A stretch of DNA of 62,926 bases, counting the filler, from Aduncisulcus paluster (lineage: Eukaryota): assembly GCA_024181965.1 (NCBI GenBank). It is 6 parts of 6 records of this genome, joined end to end, with 100 filler letters (N's around TTAATTAATTAA, not from the genome) between each part and the next. Parts side by side here need not be neighbours in the genome. Positions count along the whole stretch, not along the records: positions 1 to 12,396 come from BQXS01011031.1; 5 more parts are not named here. One strand, given 5' to 3'. Positions 1 through 11,214 of the stretch are shown in pieces. Positions within the stretch are counted from its first letter, which is position 1. Every line of letters starts with the position of its first letter. Below the pieces are notes generated by a model. The model was not told the origin of the DNA, searched no databases, and saw only the letters and a list, made by a program, of their open reading frames with translations. The translations under genes and the position numbers were made by a program.

Positions 1-17
1 ATTGGAGGATGATCCCA

Positions 18-1069
18 TTAATCCAGGAATCTCCAGCTCTCCATGACAAAGTAGTCCTGAGCTTCAGTGATACTGTTCGAATTGTATATTCGTTTCTGGA
101 ATTTGACTTTGTTCAAACGAAGCTTCGTTTTGCAGTCCATATCAAAGCAGTAACAACTTATTACTATTCTTGAATTGTGTTCCAGTTCGTGATGGTTTAT
201 GGATTCTTTTGTTCTAAATACATCAGATTTTGTTCTCTCCATCCGTCCACCAATTGTTTCTACTAGAAAGGATAGTATCCACAAATTGATGTCTGTTATA
301 TCTGTACTATCGACAAATCAAGTCCAATAATGGTGCAATTAGGTCGCTTCTTTTTATTATCATCATGCAACTGTGAAACTCGTGATAGAAACGTATTCTG
401 TGAAGACAAGTTGTTCAAAAGAAAGAAATATTGGCGATTCAAGTGAAGATTTTGAAGTTATTTTGCAGGTAGAGATTCCATTTACTCATACTCCTTCGTT
501 CTTTCTTTTTTTTGAAGCAATATCTCTGTGGATCTGTCAAATCTCTTTGGAAACTCCTTTTGGGCTTTTAAGTGACGATCGAATTTTACTTTCTACTTTT
601 AATTCTACCTTTTCCGTTCCTGTTGAAGTTTTAAGAGCAATTACTGATTGTAGAAATCTCCTCCCAAACTCACCAACATATATTCCTGGATCTCAGGTCT
701 ATCTAACGGAATGGAGGGAACTCTATTCGGTCTGTAGCATTGTAGATTATCATAACACACTCCTTGCTCCCTGCTCTGGACAAGTTAAAACAGATTTTGA
801 TGTACTCTCCAGCAAAGGATACTCTCTTTGCTCTTCCTGTTGGTAATCGTGCCATTCGCCTCAATCTCACCGATGGAAAGGATGACGTGGCAATTTCTAC
901 ACGTGGTATTTCCCTTGTTGTGTGTCCAATCGTGTTTGAAGGTGAAGAAGCACCCTTCTTCAATTATAGTGTATATTGGCTTTGCTTCGAATCTTCTCTG
1001 CTTCACTCTGCCACCAATCGATGAGCTGAGGTCTATTGCTGATCCTTCCGTCTCCATCGTGTGCGACAT
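18..1069 (-). pseudogene. Fragmented coding-like region (multiple frameshifts; pseudogene or unpolished sequence)
   Basis: ATG at 1069 follows an AT-rich stretch. Protein-like pieces alternate between minus frames (MSHTMETEGS.., LKKGASSPSNT..RVSF, VPSIPLDRPEIQEY, RFLQSVIALKT..). No continuous ORF and no recognised family. Confidence 0.25.
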
Positions 1070-1904
1070 TTAAAAATGAATTTGAGAATGTTCAGGTGTG
1101 TCCATTATTGCTCTCCCAAATTACATTATTATCAATGGAAAGATCTCCATTCTATCTTAGACTCTATTGTTGTGATGCTACCGGCATTACCGCCACCTAC
1201 CGGTGATATTTTATTTTAATAAATTTGCTAGCCGTCTTCCATAAGGAAGTCAATACTATGACATAGAGTTACTCTAAGAGTATGTGAAAAATACACGTAA
1301 TTCATGAAGAGTAGCTGGAATGAGTTTCAACGAAACTTTCGTTTATTTATTTTGTTCATAGAAAAAACAATTTAGAAAAAGATTCAAAGTTTGAATTTCA
1401 AATCATATTGAATCGTATTTGAGGAAAAAAGATAAGTTTCACCATGAAAAAGGGATAGAATAACACCCCAATGATTACAAATTGTAATATGATATAAGTT
1501 ATATCATATATTAAAAAGACTGATCCCTGCCAAGATTGATTACATTCTGCATTGAAAACAAGAAGTTCCACAAGGTAAAATAACTGGTGTTTTGAAAGAG
1601 AATATATACTTGGCAAAGTTGGAAATAATTCATTCCGAAATAAATAAAGGTGAATCATAAAGGAAATCGACTATATTTAGTCAATGAGAAAAGAAAAAAA
1701 AATAAAGAATGGAAATGAGAGTTATGGTCTCAAACGTGAAAAATGACAGGAAAATGAACGTTACGAAGAGAAAGAGAACAAAAAAACAAAAAAAAAAACA
1801 AATATTCTTATACATTTATATAAATGTATTATTATATATTTTATATATTTGCTAATCAAAATTTTAGAGCACATATAAAAATATATCCCGATCTATAAAT
1901 AGAA

Positions 1905-4900
1905 TTAATGGGAATATTCGGATTCTGATGTTGGTGGAGAAAGATCAGACCCATCCATTCTCACATCTTTCATCTCGATCATTTGTTGCCCATCTTGTAG
2001 AATCTCTGTCTTCTCAGCATCTGCATGGTTTTCTTTCTCAGGTCTTCTTGCACTTTCAATCTTATCGCTCTCTCCGTCACTCTCTTCTTCGTGGGTGATA
2101 ACTGCCATCCCCTGGTTCGGTTGGTCGTGGAATAGACGTTCCAGAGTGGTGTTGGAGTGAAGATGTGGTTGTTGAGGGTGAGAGGCAAGTGGATTGTCCT
2201 GTGTGACTTCAACAGTGGTATGGTCATCTATCAAAGACCCACTCACGTATGAGGCATCTGCCTTCACTCCTTCTATGATATCGTCGTCAGCCTCACTCTC
2301 GTTCTGGGAATGGCAAGCCGTGTGGATCACGGTGGAATAGGCTGATCTGACCCTGGCTTCTTCTTTTTCCATCATGACAAGGTTATATTCCATCTTATCC
2401 ATGGGCTTGACCCCCAGAGAATCATGGATGTCATGCTGTTCAATGTGGTGTGATCCGTCAAATGGAATGTCATCAAATGACCCACTGTTCTCCTCTTCCT
2501 CGTCGTCGTCATCGTCTTGAATCATAGGAGCTACAAAGAAGTCTTCAGGATTATAGAGGGCTTGTGGATCCAAGGGAATATCAGAGGATTCCTCACTCTC
2601 GGAGGATTCGTACTCACCACCAACAGAGGAGCCAAGAGGTAAGGTCATTGTTGCACCTTTTCCACTGATGGAAGAGGTTGAGGAGGAGGCCACAGTGGTG
2701 GTGGATGCACTTGTAGTCTTCTCGCCCTTTTTCTGAAGACGGAGCCTCTTCCTTTCTCTCTCTTTCCTCTTCTGCTCCCTTCTCTTCTTGGCTTTACGTT
2801 CCTTGGTATGGGCAAGTCTGAGAGCAGCTTCCATAGCAAAGTGAAGCCCAGCGTTCCCTTCCTTCCTGAACTCATCCACAAGATGGAACAGTCCAGCAGT
2901 GGGGTCAGTCACAAGGGCTCTAAGCTTGAGGAACCGATGCAACTGAGAGGGATCAAGCACATGGGCGATCAAACGCCTGGCTCCAAGTTTCCTCGAGTAC
3001 ATGAGTGCCTTGTAATCGGCCACATCAGAAGACAGCAATGAAACAACGATGTCTGGATGCAGGATAATGGCACTATCTGAAATGACAGTGGCATTGTCTT
3101 CCTCGGGGAACAATGGACCCATATTGGTCAGGGAGAGGGATTCAATATTCACGACAACAAGCTCATCGGGGTGACGGATCTTGAGGCATTTCAACTCACA
3201 GGGAGGACGGACATGATGATGATCACGGGTGTGCGTGTGTGATATTGTGTTGAATGCTGTAATGGTCGATGCGGCTGTTCCCGAGGCCGAGGAACTCACA
3301 GAAGAAGAGGCAGCGTTGGGAGGCAATTGGACAGGTACATAGGGGCATGTTCCCCCTGCCATGGAACGGGCTGTACTGTTGGCAGAGATATCCCGGGAGG
3401 AAAGGAAGCTTGGAAGACCTCTGGGCAATGTGTTGGAAGCATCCTCGTACACTGTGGATACGTTGGAAGTCGGTTGGAAAGTGGACTGAGATCTTTTCAA
3501 CTTGGGGGGCTCAGCAAAAGTGGTAGTGGCTGTCGCAGAACCTCCATTTCCACCCACTTTGGCCTCAGGGAATATTTTCTCAAGTTTAGAAGCATGGGGA
3601 TCATCTTTACGTTCTGAAATGGTCGTATGAACGTCAGGTTCCTTCTCGAACTTGACATGCTCGTGGTGGTCAAACGTAGATTGAGTTGCACTGGATTCAA
3701 TGTCGTGTTCAAGCACTTTGTGGGTGAGCATGGACGGGCCCTGGTGTCTGGACAAAGACGAGGCGTGGGCATGACGAGAGGAAGTAGTAGTACGCTGAGA
3801 ATCGATATTGGGTCCCTTCTCATCCGAATTGACACGACAGAGAGTGACAGTCCACTTGTGATGGAGAAGTCGCTCAATAAAGAAGAGCGTGGTTGGATGC
3901 TTGGGAGATCCGAAGACGAGAACATTCCCATGGGTCTTGGAACTGACTTCTTCGATTCTGTCAGCAAGCAAGGATGCAGAATCAACGGGGATACGACGCA
4001 GGGAGTCGACAAGGTCGGCGGTTCTCTTTTTCTTCTGTTGACGGTCAAGGGGTTTAGGTGTCATGGGTGTCATGGCCCCACTGGTGGACCTTGACACAGC
4101 CTTAGACCCAGCTCTGGTCATGTCGTGCTTCTTTTTCCTCTGCTTTTCAATGTTTTTCAGTGATTCGACAGCTTCTCCACTTAAACTCACAGCTACTTGC
4201 ATAAGCATGGGTCCACAGATCTGATTCATCACCACAACAGCCATTGTAAGGTTGAGGATATCATCTCCCCATTCCTCGAAGGCTGAGCTTGTGTTTCCAG
4301 CCATTGTCAGGGAAGCAGCAGCTTGGGCAAGGAATCCCATCCACCCTGTCATGACATGAGTGGTTGAGAATTCCCTCTTCTTCTTCTTGTCCTCCTCTGA
4401 GGCCTTCGCACGACGGTATGACAGGAATGATGTGGCCCCAATGAAGTTTCCAACCATTCTTGCGAGCAAAATGGCAATGGCGGGGACAATAACTTTGGGA
4501 ACACCGTCAAGCTGAAGCCTGACACCAGTCCATCCAAAGAAAGAAATGAAGGTGAATGTCGTTAGGTGTTTAATTGTGTTAATGTATTCTTGTGAACGGG
4601 AGGAAAAATTACGAATCAAGAAAGAACCAATCAAACAAGCAGGGAGAGCTTGTGGACATATCTTGACTTTCCAGTCTGCTGACCATTCAGTGAGGAAGTA
4701 TGATATGTTGTAAATAACGAGACCAGCAATAAGAATACCAATGCAACGTAGGAGAGCGTCAATGACCTTCAGAGCCTTCGAATGTTTGGCAGCATGGGTA
4801 GCAGAAATACCATCAAAAGCAATACACAAGTAGAGGATGAGGAAATCAAGGGCGGCAAGGGCGAGGGTGGATAGGATAATGACAGCTACTTCAGCGAGGA

Positions 4901-5528
4901 GAAGAGGAGAAATAGACTGACCGTTGAAAATAGAGACTGACAACCCCTGAAGAGCTGCAAACAGGATGATGGATGAAGTATCTCCGAGAACAGTTGAACC
5001 AAGGAGACTCTTACTGTAGGGTCCTTCTGCACCTTTGGACATGGGAACAGCAACGGCAACGGTGGGACTACGTCCAGTCATAATAAAACCAACCAATACA
5101 CCTCCCAAAATCTTGAGACCAAGGGAAGCTTCCTTAAAATAGGGAATAGCGGAACATACAAAAGTGAAAACTATGGTGACACAAATAACCACAAATAAAG
5201 CAGTAAGACCAGTGCAAGCAAGGATTCTCGAAGCAATAGACTTCACTGTCTTCATGGATAACTGCATTCCGCACACTTGTCCAACAATTCCAGTAACGAA
5301 AAAATTGGTCTGCAGACCAAGCATGCTGGAAACATAATCACTCGTAAAAGCATTAAAAATAAAGGGACCAAGGCAAATCCCTGCCAATATATATCCCAAA
5401 ACAAGGGGTATCGAAAGCTTACCCAGAACAGAACTAAAAGCTTTGGAAACTGAGATGAGCAATAAGAAAGCCAAAACAAACAGAAAATAATCTGGGGTTG
5501 ATAGTGAATCAAACGTAGGAATAGACAT
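1905..5528 (-). CDS. Cation/proton antiporter (CPA2/Kef-like) with C-terminal RCK (TrkA-N-like) domain and long low-complexity regions
   Basis: 1207-aa ORF. The N-terminal ~450 aa is multi-pass hydrophobic with IPLVLGYILAGICLGP, RSPTVAVAV, TVLGD, FFGWTGVRLQL and NQICGP motifs. Rossmann-like segments NVLVFG and DIVVSLLSSDVAD..ARRLIAHV..VTDP follow. Confidence 0.85.
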   Translation of the reverse strand: MSIPTFDSLSTPDYFLFVLAFLLLISVSKAFSSVLGKLSIPLVLGYILAGICLGPFIFNAFTSDYVSSMLGLQTNFFVTGIVGQVCGMQLSMKTVKSIASRILACTGLTALFVVICVTIVFTFVCSAIPYFKEASLGLKILGGVLVGFIMTGRSPTVAVAVPMSKGAEGPYSKSLLGSTVLGDTSSIILFAALQGLSVSIFNGQSISPLLLAEVAVIILSTLALAALDFLILYLCIAFDGISATHAAKHSKALKVIDALLRCIGILIAGLVIYNISYFLTEWSADWKVKICPQALPACLIGSFLIRNFSSRSQEYINTIKHLTTFTFISFFGWTGVRLQLDGVPKVIVPAIAILLARMVGNFIGATSFLSYRRAKASEEDKKKKREFSTTHVMTGWMGFLAQAAASLTMAGNTSSAFEEWGDDILNLTMAVVVMNQICGPMLMQVAVSLSGEAVESLKNIEKQRKKKHDMTRAGSKAVSRSTSGAMTPMTPKPLDRQQKKKRTADLVDSLRRIPVDSASLLADRIEEVSSKTHGNVLVFGSPKHPTTLFFIERLLHHKWTVTLCRVNSDEKGPNIDSQRTTTSSRHAHASSLSRHQGPSMLTHKVLEHDIESSATQSTFDHHEHVKFEKEPDVHTTISERKDDPHASKLEKIFPEAKVGGNGGSATATTTFAEPPKLKRSQSTFQPTSNVSTVYEDASNTLPRGLPSFLSSRDISANSTARSMAGGTCPYVPVQLPPNAASSSVSSSASGTAASTITAFNTISHTHTRDHHHVRPPCELKCLKIRHPDELVVVNIESLSLTNMGPLFPEEDNATVISDSAIILHPDIVVSLLSSDVADYKALMYSRKLGARRLIAHVLDPSQLHRFLKLRALVTDPTAGLFHLVDEFRKEGNAGLHFAMEAALRLAHTKERKAKKRREQKRKERERKRLRLQKKGEKTTSASTTTVASSSTSSISGKGATMTLPLGSSVGGEYESSESEESSDIPLDPQALYNPEDFFVAPMIQDDDDDEEEENSGSFDDIPFDGSHHIEQHDIHDSLGVKPMDKMEYNLVMMEKEEARVRSAYSTVIHTACHSQNESEADDDIIEGVKADASYVSGSLIDDHTTVEVTQDNPLASHPQQPHLHSNTTLERLFHDQPNQGMAVITHEEESDGESDKIESARRPEKENHADAEKTEILQDGQQMIEMKDVRMDGSDLSPPTSESEYSH

Positions 5529-5859
5529 TGAAATTATTGTTTATAATGTCTTTGCTTTGTTAACAAAACTACCATCACTGAGAATGAATCGAGAATGAAC
5601 TGAAACAATTTGAAAGCTATAAGAAGCCAATCCAGGAAAGTTTTTTGGATTTAAATTGCTGTTTAATGGGAATATCAATGCACAATAATATTTTATATGA
5701 CTAATCCCAAAGATAGAGATTCAGGAAGATCCAATAAAGTTAGATAAGAATTTATGGATTTTACTTTATTTAATTTGCTTAAATAACTTGTATTTCAGAA
5801 TGAATTGATGAAATAGTTTGTCCTTGGGGAAAATCCATAAGATGGCGATTTTTGTGACA

Positions 5860-7479
5860 ATGGAGCAATACAACTTTAAAATTCCAAAGGAATATCCAAA
5901 AATACTGAAAGAATTTTGTCGTCAAGTTATTAAATTGCAGCCTGATGATATATATTCTTTTGGTGCCAAATATTTTTCTGAACTGTCCCAAAAAATGTTC
6001 GTTAATGTCACAGAGAAGATGCCAAGGAGTGAAATGTCTCTTTTATTAACAGATAGGTGGTCAAAATTGGCCAATTTAGACACAGATCGGGTTCCCCACC
6101 ATCTCATCAAGGAAGACATTTCTAAGCTTCCAATTGAGTTAACAGAGAGTCAAAAATTGTTACTTTATTCGGTTATTGTTGAAAGAAAAGGTTCTATGAT
6201 AGATTATAAAGAATTAATCCATACATTTGTTAGTGAGCTCTACGCAAGGAAAGGAAGCTTGACATACACTCTTCCCCAAGCTGCAAATATCATTCACGGA
6301 ATGTTACCTGGGGAGGTCGTTAAGAAGCTTGCTGGAATTCTTGCCAGTCAACTCATGGCTGAGGAAACTGAAAAACGACTCGCTGAGGAGGAGTTAAAGG
6401 CGAAAGAAGCTGCTGAAGCGGAAGCTCTCGCTGAAAAGAAAGGAAAAAAATCAAGGAAATATCAAAGAAAGATGAAAAAGAAGCAGGAAGAGGAAGAGGA
6501 TGAAAAAGAAAAAATTGTTGCCATCATACATACAGAATCGTCTGTTCTTGCATCAAGATCTCCATTATATCTTTCCAGAGCTCGTTCTTACGCTGGATTG
6601 AAACACCCTTCGCTCGGAATTACTGATGCTGAGGCACAGTGTATCCTTGGATCTATTCATAGTGAAGGCGAGGTTTTGGATATCCGAGTTATATTAAAGA
6701 ATATTTCTCGTATTCTTGGACTTGCTTTTAGCTTGCAACTTGGAATGCCCAGACCCTTGACACAAGAAAATATTGTTATGCGTCTGAACTCTATATTCGA
6801 GGCATACGACCTTCAAAAGACTGGTTCATTACTTCTTCGTGATACATTCAATGCCTTGATGAGCGATGATCTCGGAATGACTCATGATCAGGCCCTTGCT
6901 TGTGTTGGTACCTCCCCTCTCACTGAGGAAGGAAACGTCTTATACCGGCAGTTTATCCCGGCCGTAGCCAGTTTTATCATTCGTCTGCGTGTTCCTGAGC
7001 GTGCTCTTGCTCTTGCAGGGTGCACCGAATGCGATTATCTTGATATCGGGACTGCAGATGGAATCGACGGAGGCATCGAGTCCATGGCCGAAGGTGAGAG
7101 TGTTCTCGCCGTTGGAGAGACCCGTGAAGGTGTAGAAGGGCTTGTTAAAGCTGCTGTTGAGGCACAAAGGGAAGAAGAAGAAGACGACGAGGAAGAGGAG
7201 GAAGAAGAAGAAGATGTGACGGGGAAGGCTGGAAAGATGACTATAGAGAGGGGTGAAGGTGGCGAAAAGCTTATAATTCTACCAATTGCTGCTGCTTTGG
7301 GACTTCTGACATCTGAATTGTGCCCAATGTCCATTGAAGAAGCTGCCGCTGTGTGTGCTTGTGTTCAACGGATGGATGGATCCGTTTGTGTTGATGACGT
7401 TGTTTCAATCACTTATGATATTGTTGTTGCTGTTAAAAAAGAACTCTTCTTGCAGAAGAAAACAGAAGAATTCCTGTAA
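5860..7479 (+). CDS. RIIa dimerisation/docking domain plus EF-hand protein (radial spoke RSP7-like)
   Basis: N-terminal IPKEYPKILKEFCRQVIKLQPDDIYSFGAKYFSEL matches RIIa. Degenerate EF-hands follow (IFEAYDLQKTGSL, GNVLYRQF, DGSVCVDD). Start at ATG 5860, alternative 5842. Confidence 0.75.
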   Translation: MEQYNFKIPKEYPKILKEFCRQVIKLQPDDIYSFGAKYFSELSQKMFVNVTEKMPRSEMSLLLTDRWSKLANLDTDRVPHHLIKEDISKLPIELTESQKLLLYSVIVERKGSMIDYKELIHTFVSELYARKGSLTYTLPQAANIIHGMLPGEVVKKLAGILASQLMAEETEKRLAEEELKAKEAAEAEALAEKKGKKSRKYQRKMKKKQEEEEDEKEKIVAIIHTESSVLASRSPLYLSRARSYAGLKHPSLGITDAEAQCILGSIHSEGEVLDIRVILKNISRILGLAFSLQLGMPRPLTQENIVMRLNSIFEAYDLQKTGSLLLRDTFNALMSDDLGMTHDQALACVGTSPLTEEGNVLYRQFIPAVASFIIRLRVPERALALAGCTECDYLDIGTADGIDGGIESMAEGESVLAVGETREGVEGLVKAAVEAQREEEEDDEEEEEEEEDVTGKAGKMTIERGEGGEKLIILPIAAALGLLTSELCPMSIEEAAAVCACVQRMDGSVCVDDVVSITYDIVVAVKKELFLQKKTEEFL

Positions 7480-7691
7480 TTCTAAATTATTTTTTTATAC
7501 TTTCTCTATTTCAGTTATTTGAAATAATCCTAGTAAAATATTAGCCTTTTTTCATATATTATTAGGAATTAAATATATTTTGATCAGATATTTCAATTTG
7601 ATTGTAAGGAATTTCGAGATATTGGAATCGAAAGTTTAATCAGTCTTTTCCTTGGATCTGGTATTTTTTTGGGAATGGAAAAACTAAGAAG

Positions 7692-10658
7692 ATGGGAGTG
7701 TGTCATATTACATCATATGTATTGAATTCAACACATCTTCTTCATAAAACATCTCTCCATAAGCTTAGAAAGAAGACTTCTCATGTCATCATTGATTTCC
7801 CTGCCATATTGTATCATTTTTCCAGTCTCCTCCCAAAAAATAGATTTTATGATTATCTTTTATTAATTAATTACATTGACATTTTCATAACGTCTTTTCT
7901 GCAGTTGAAGTTCACTGTCCATATCATTGCTGATGGTTGTGTGCCTTCTGCCAAACTTCGGAATCCAAAGGTTATTATTCCTCGAAGACAACGTAATTTA
8001 GTCGGTAATATTAGTCTTGGAGTGGATATATGTTCCAGTTCATCCGTAGATAATGGTTTTTCTGTTTGTTACTCCTTTTTCCCTGTCGTTTGGGATTATC
8101 TCAGGAGAATGGCATCGATGAAACAATTTGATCATATGATTGATCTCGTTATTGCAGTTAATGGTGAAGCTGATTCGTCTATTATTACTTATGCTTCATT
8201 TTATCGAGGAGTGGTTATCGGGAAAGACTCCGATTTCATGGTTTCTCCATTTGTTAGTTGTTATTTTCCATTACAAGGTTGTGATTTCTCACAGTTGCTC
8301 TCTCCATTGATTGCTGAGAAAAATGCCGTAACCAAGCCAGATCGGTATTCAATTATTTCTTTTGATTCAAATCCAATTGCTGCGACATCTTGCTTACCCA
8401 AAATTGAACCGTATCATGTAAATATTCAGCATGCTCCAATTTCTGTAATGTTTCCTCATGAACTGGCTTCATCTCTCTCCTTAACCCAACTACAGCTCCC
8501 ATTCCTCGCTTTTCTTCTGGGAGATGATCGGATTGACTCCGATATTGCATCTAATAATAGAAAAAAATTAATATCTTACCTTCGTTATGAATCAGGACCG
8601 TCCGGTATGAGTAAGCGAAAGAAAAAGAAGAACAAAGGAAGCAAAAAGCAAGCCAAGAAATCCAAGTCCGCGAAAAAAAACTTCTTTTCTTTCCTTCCCC
8701 ATTCAGTTTTATCTTCAAGCAAGCGTGATAATACCGTTAATCAGGCAGCCAGACTACTATTTCAGCTTGGGTATTCTTGTTCTGAAAGCCAGAAACACAA
8801 GCAAAGTGCCGTTTTGATTGGAAAAGTCCTTGGATACAGCAAGGCAGAAATGGATAGGGTTCTTGATGGACATAAGGGAGATATTTGGGGTGGATCACCA
8901 AAACCAGAGTCAATATCGATGTCTTCATCCTTGTTTCGTGATTATTCTAAAATTGAACACCTGAGAAAGAGTGAAGATGAGGATCAAAAGGAAGATATTC
9001 TTGATCCTTCTGCTCTAGCAAAAGATATTCAGGATATGAGTGTCTCTGAGTCTTTTGTTCCATCTTCCTCTTCCTCCCATAGCGATACTTCTCTTTGTGT
9101 CGATAGAATATGTAAATTGGATGAAGGAAAGACTGAAAAGAAGCACGAGAAAGAGGGAGAAGTATTGTCTGATGGTGGTGATACAATTTCTTCTTCTTCT
9201 CTTTCTTCTTCTTCTCTTTCTTCTCCACAATCAATGATCAAGGAAGATTCCAAGGATATATTACCAATGTATCATGTGAAGTCTGATCCAGATGACATTT
9301 CTTCATCTTCTTTCTCCCTCGTATCTGAAGCTCCATATATTCTTGTCAACAAGGCTCTTTCTCAGGAATTATCTGTTCCCACTTCCTTTGCTCGGTCATT
9401 CATTGACACACATGGTCAATATTATTCAAAAAGGATATTAAATTTTATTTGTATGATGTTTTGTGATATTTTCTTTAATCCTCAAGCAAAGAGTGACATT
9501 AAAGACGGAAGAGATGACGAATCTTTCGACAGAATCCCTTGTCATTGTTTATCTGATAATATTCTTGGTTCTATTTTTAGAATATGTTCTTCTCATTCTC
9601 CTGAGAAACAATCCTCATCATCAGCAACTGTCTCCCATTCTTCATCTCTCATCTCAATTATTAAACTTGGAGTGATAATTCAGCCACATTTGTGGGAGCT
9701 TGGAGTTGAATGGAACAGTTTTCTTGCGTCTGTGTCTGAAGAGAGTTGTCAAGGAAGTGTGGATAAGCGTGATCGTTCAATGGCAATGTTGTCGTTCGGT
9801 CAATGTTGGTCCCATACTTGTTTTGCGTGGCATTGTGCAGAACAATGGATTAGGATTGTATCACAGGATTGTCTCATGGGTGAAATGAGTTCGAGAATTT
9901 GCTCAAAAGGCTGGTGGAAAACCAAATTACCTCATGAAATCATGGTTTCATCGATAGAATCATCTCCAATAAGTCCATTATGCTGTCCAATTGATGAATC
10001 ATTGTATTCTTTTAATTCTGAATCCATATTCGAACTCAATTTATGCATTTGTGAATGTTTGTTCACATTCATGCAAAAGAATCGGGAATTGTCGAGCCCA
10101 ACAATCAGTTCCGATGATTCTATTTTCTCAACAATTTGGAGAGGGAAAAGCGTATCTGTAAAAGAATTTCAAAATCGCTGGACTCATTCATTTTCGTTCC
10201 CATACAGTTGGTTTGGGTGTTTATTTTATGTTCTATTGAGGCCATGTTTCAAAAATCTAGCCAAATCAAAGTCAAAAGAATTATCATATCCATCTCGATC
10301 TGGTGCCACTCCAACAAGGCAAGAACTTCACTTCATTTCAAGTTCTGTGCACTTAATTGGTGCTCTTTTCGACCTGAATGTTGCCTGTGGTGCCCCTTTC
10401 CTTCATTTTATTGAACTATTGTTGATGAACTTTCGTGGATGGGAAGTTGTTCAACATATTCATTCTAAAATGTTTGCTTGGATGGATGTGTGTTCATGGG
10501 ATGAAGAGATTCATTCAGTAGGATCAACCGAATTCATTGATAGAGGAGATAAAGATGTCCATTCCACCGAAGCTGTTTCTCTCACGGAGAGTATTCATAA
10601 GTTTATGCAAGGGGTTATTGTGTCTAATATTGAGTCACGTTCTTCGCCCATTGTTTGA
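7692..10658 (+). CDS. Asteroid/FAM120-like XPG-type PIN-domain protein
   Basis: MGV start; VIIDF, IIADG, GEAD, GKDSDF and LAFLLGDD motifs of the FEN1/XPG/asteroid fold; 988 aa. Confidence 0.75.
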   Translation: MGVCHITSYVLNSTHLLHKTSLHKLRKKTSHVIIDFPAILYHFSSLLPKNRFYDYLLLINYIDIFITSFLQLKFTVHIIADGCVPSAKLRNPKVIIPRRQRNLVGNISLGVDICSSSSVDNGFSVCYSFFPVVWDYLRRMASMKQFDHMIDLVIAVNGEADSSIITYASFYRGVVIGKDSDFMVSPFVSCYFPLQGCDFSQLLSPLIAEKNAVTKPDRYSIISFDSNPIAATSCLPKIEPYHVNIQHAPISVMFPHELASSLSLTQLQLPFLAFLLGDDRIDSDIASNNRKKLISYLRYESGPSGMSKRKKKKNKGSKKQAKKSKSAKKNFFSFLPHSVLSSSKRDNTVNQAARLLFQLGYSCSESQKHKQSAVLIGKVLGYSKAEMDRVLDGHKGDIWGGSPKPESISMSSSLFRDYSKIEHLRKSEDEDQKEDILDPSALAKDIQDMSVSESFVPSSSSSHSDTSLCVDRICKLDEGKTEKKHEKEGEVLSDGGDTISSSSLSSSSLSSPQSMIKEDSKDILPMYHVKSDPDDISSSSFSLVSEAPYILVNKALSQELSVPTSFARSFIDTHGQYYSKRILNFICMMFCDIFFNPQAKSDIKDGRDDESFDRIPCHCLSDNILGSIFRICSSHSPEKQSSSSATVSHSSSLISIIKLGVIIQPHLWELGVEWNSFLASVSEESCQGSVDKRDRSMAMLSFGQCWSHTCFAWHCAEQWIRIVSQDCLMGEMSSRICSKGWWKTKLPHEIMVSSIESSPISPLCCPIDESLYSFNSESIFELNLCICECLFTFMQKNRELSSPTISSDDSIFSTIWRGKSVSVKEFQNRWTHSFSFPYSWFGCLFYVLLRPCFKNLAKSKSKELSYPSRSGATPTRQELHFISSSVHLIGALFDLNVACGAPFLHFIELLLMNFRGWEVVQHIHSKMFAWMDVCSWDEEIHSVGSTEFIDRGDKDVHSTEAVSLTESIHKFMQGVIVSNIESRSSPIV

Positions 10659-11214
10659 AATATAGTGTTTTATTATATTCAATGTGTTTGTATTCGTTGT
10701 GTTTGGTATTTTAACAATCCCAATCATAGATCTAACAGGACGATCTTTTTTCCAAATTTACTTATATCTGAGATTATCAAGTCTAGTCTTGTATGAATCA
10801 TAAGAAATGCTGGATCAATGCCCAATTTTAAGAGAGATCCCAGCTAAAAACGACATAACAGGAATTCCAACAAACTTTATTACAAAGTTGACAAACAAAA
10901 ATATCCAAAAAAAAATATCCAAAAAAAAATATAAAAGACATTATTCTGCCATGGATCCATGATGGATCTAATACAGATTCTGTATTACAGAATGACACAC
11001 AACGGTCAAGTGCCTGAACAATTAAATACAATAAAATACAAGTAGAGTGAGAATATATATAAAAGGGAGATAATAATTCCACACATTGACTCATTAAGAA
11101 TCCACGGACGGATTTACACACTTCAAGCCAAAGTTCAAACAATCATTGTTACAATGAATATCAACACAGAATACAACACAATACCATACCAATATCAATG
11201 TGTTAATCGTTCAA

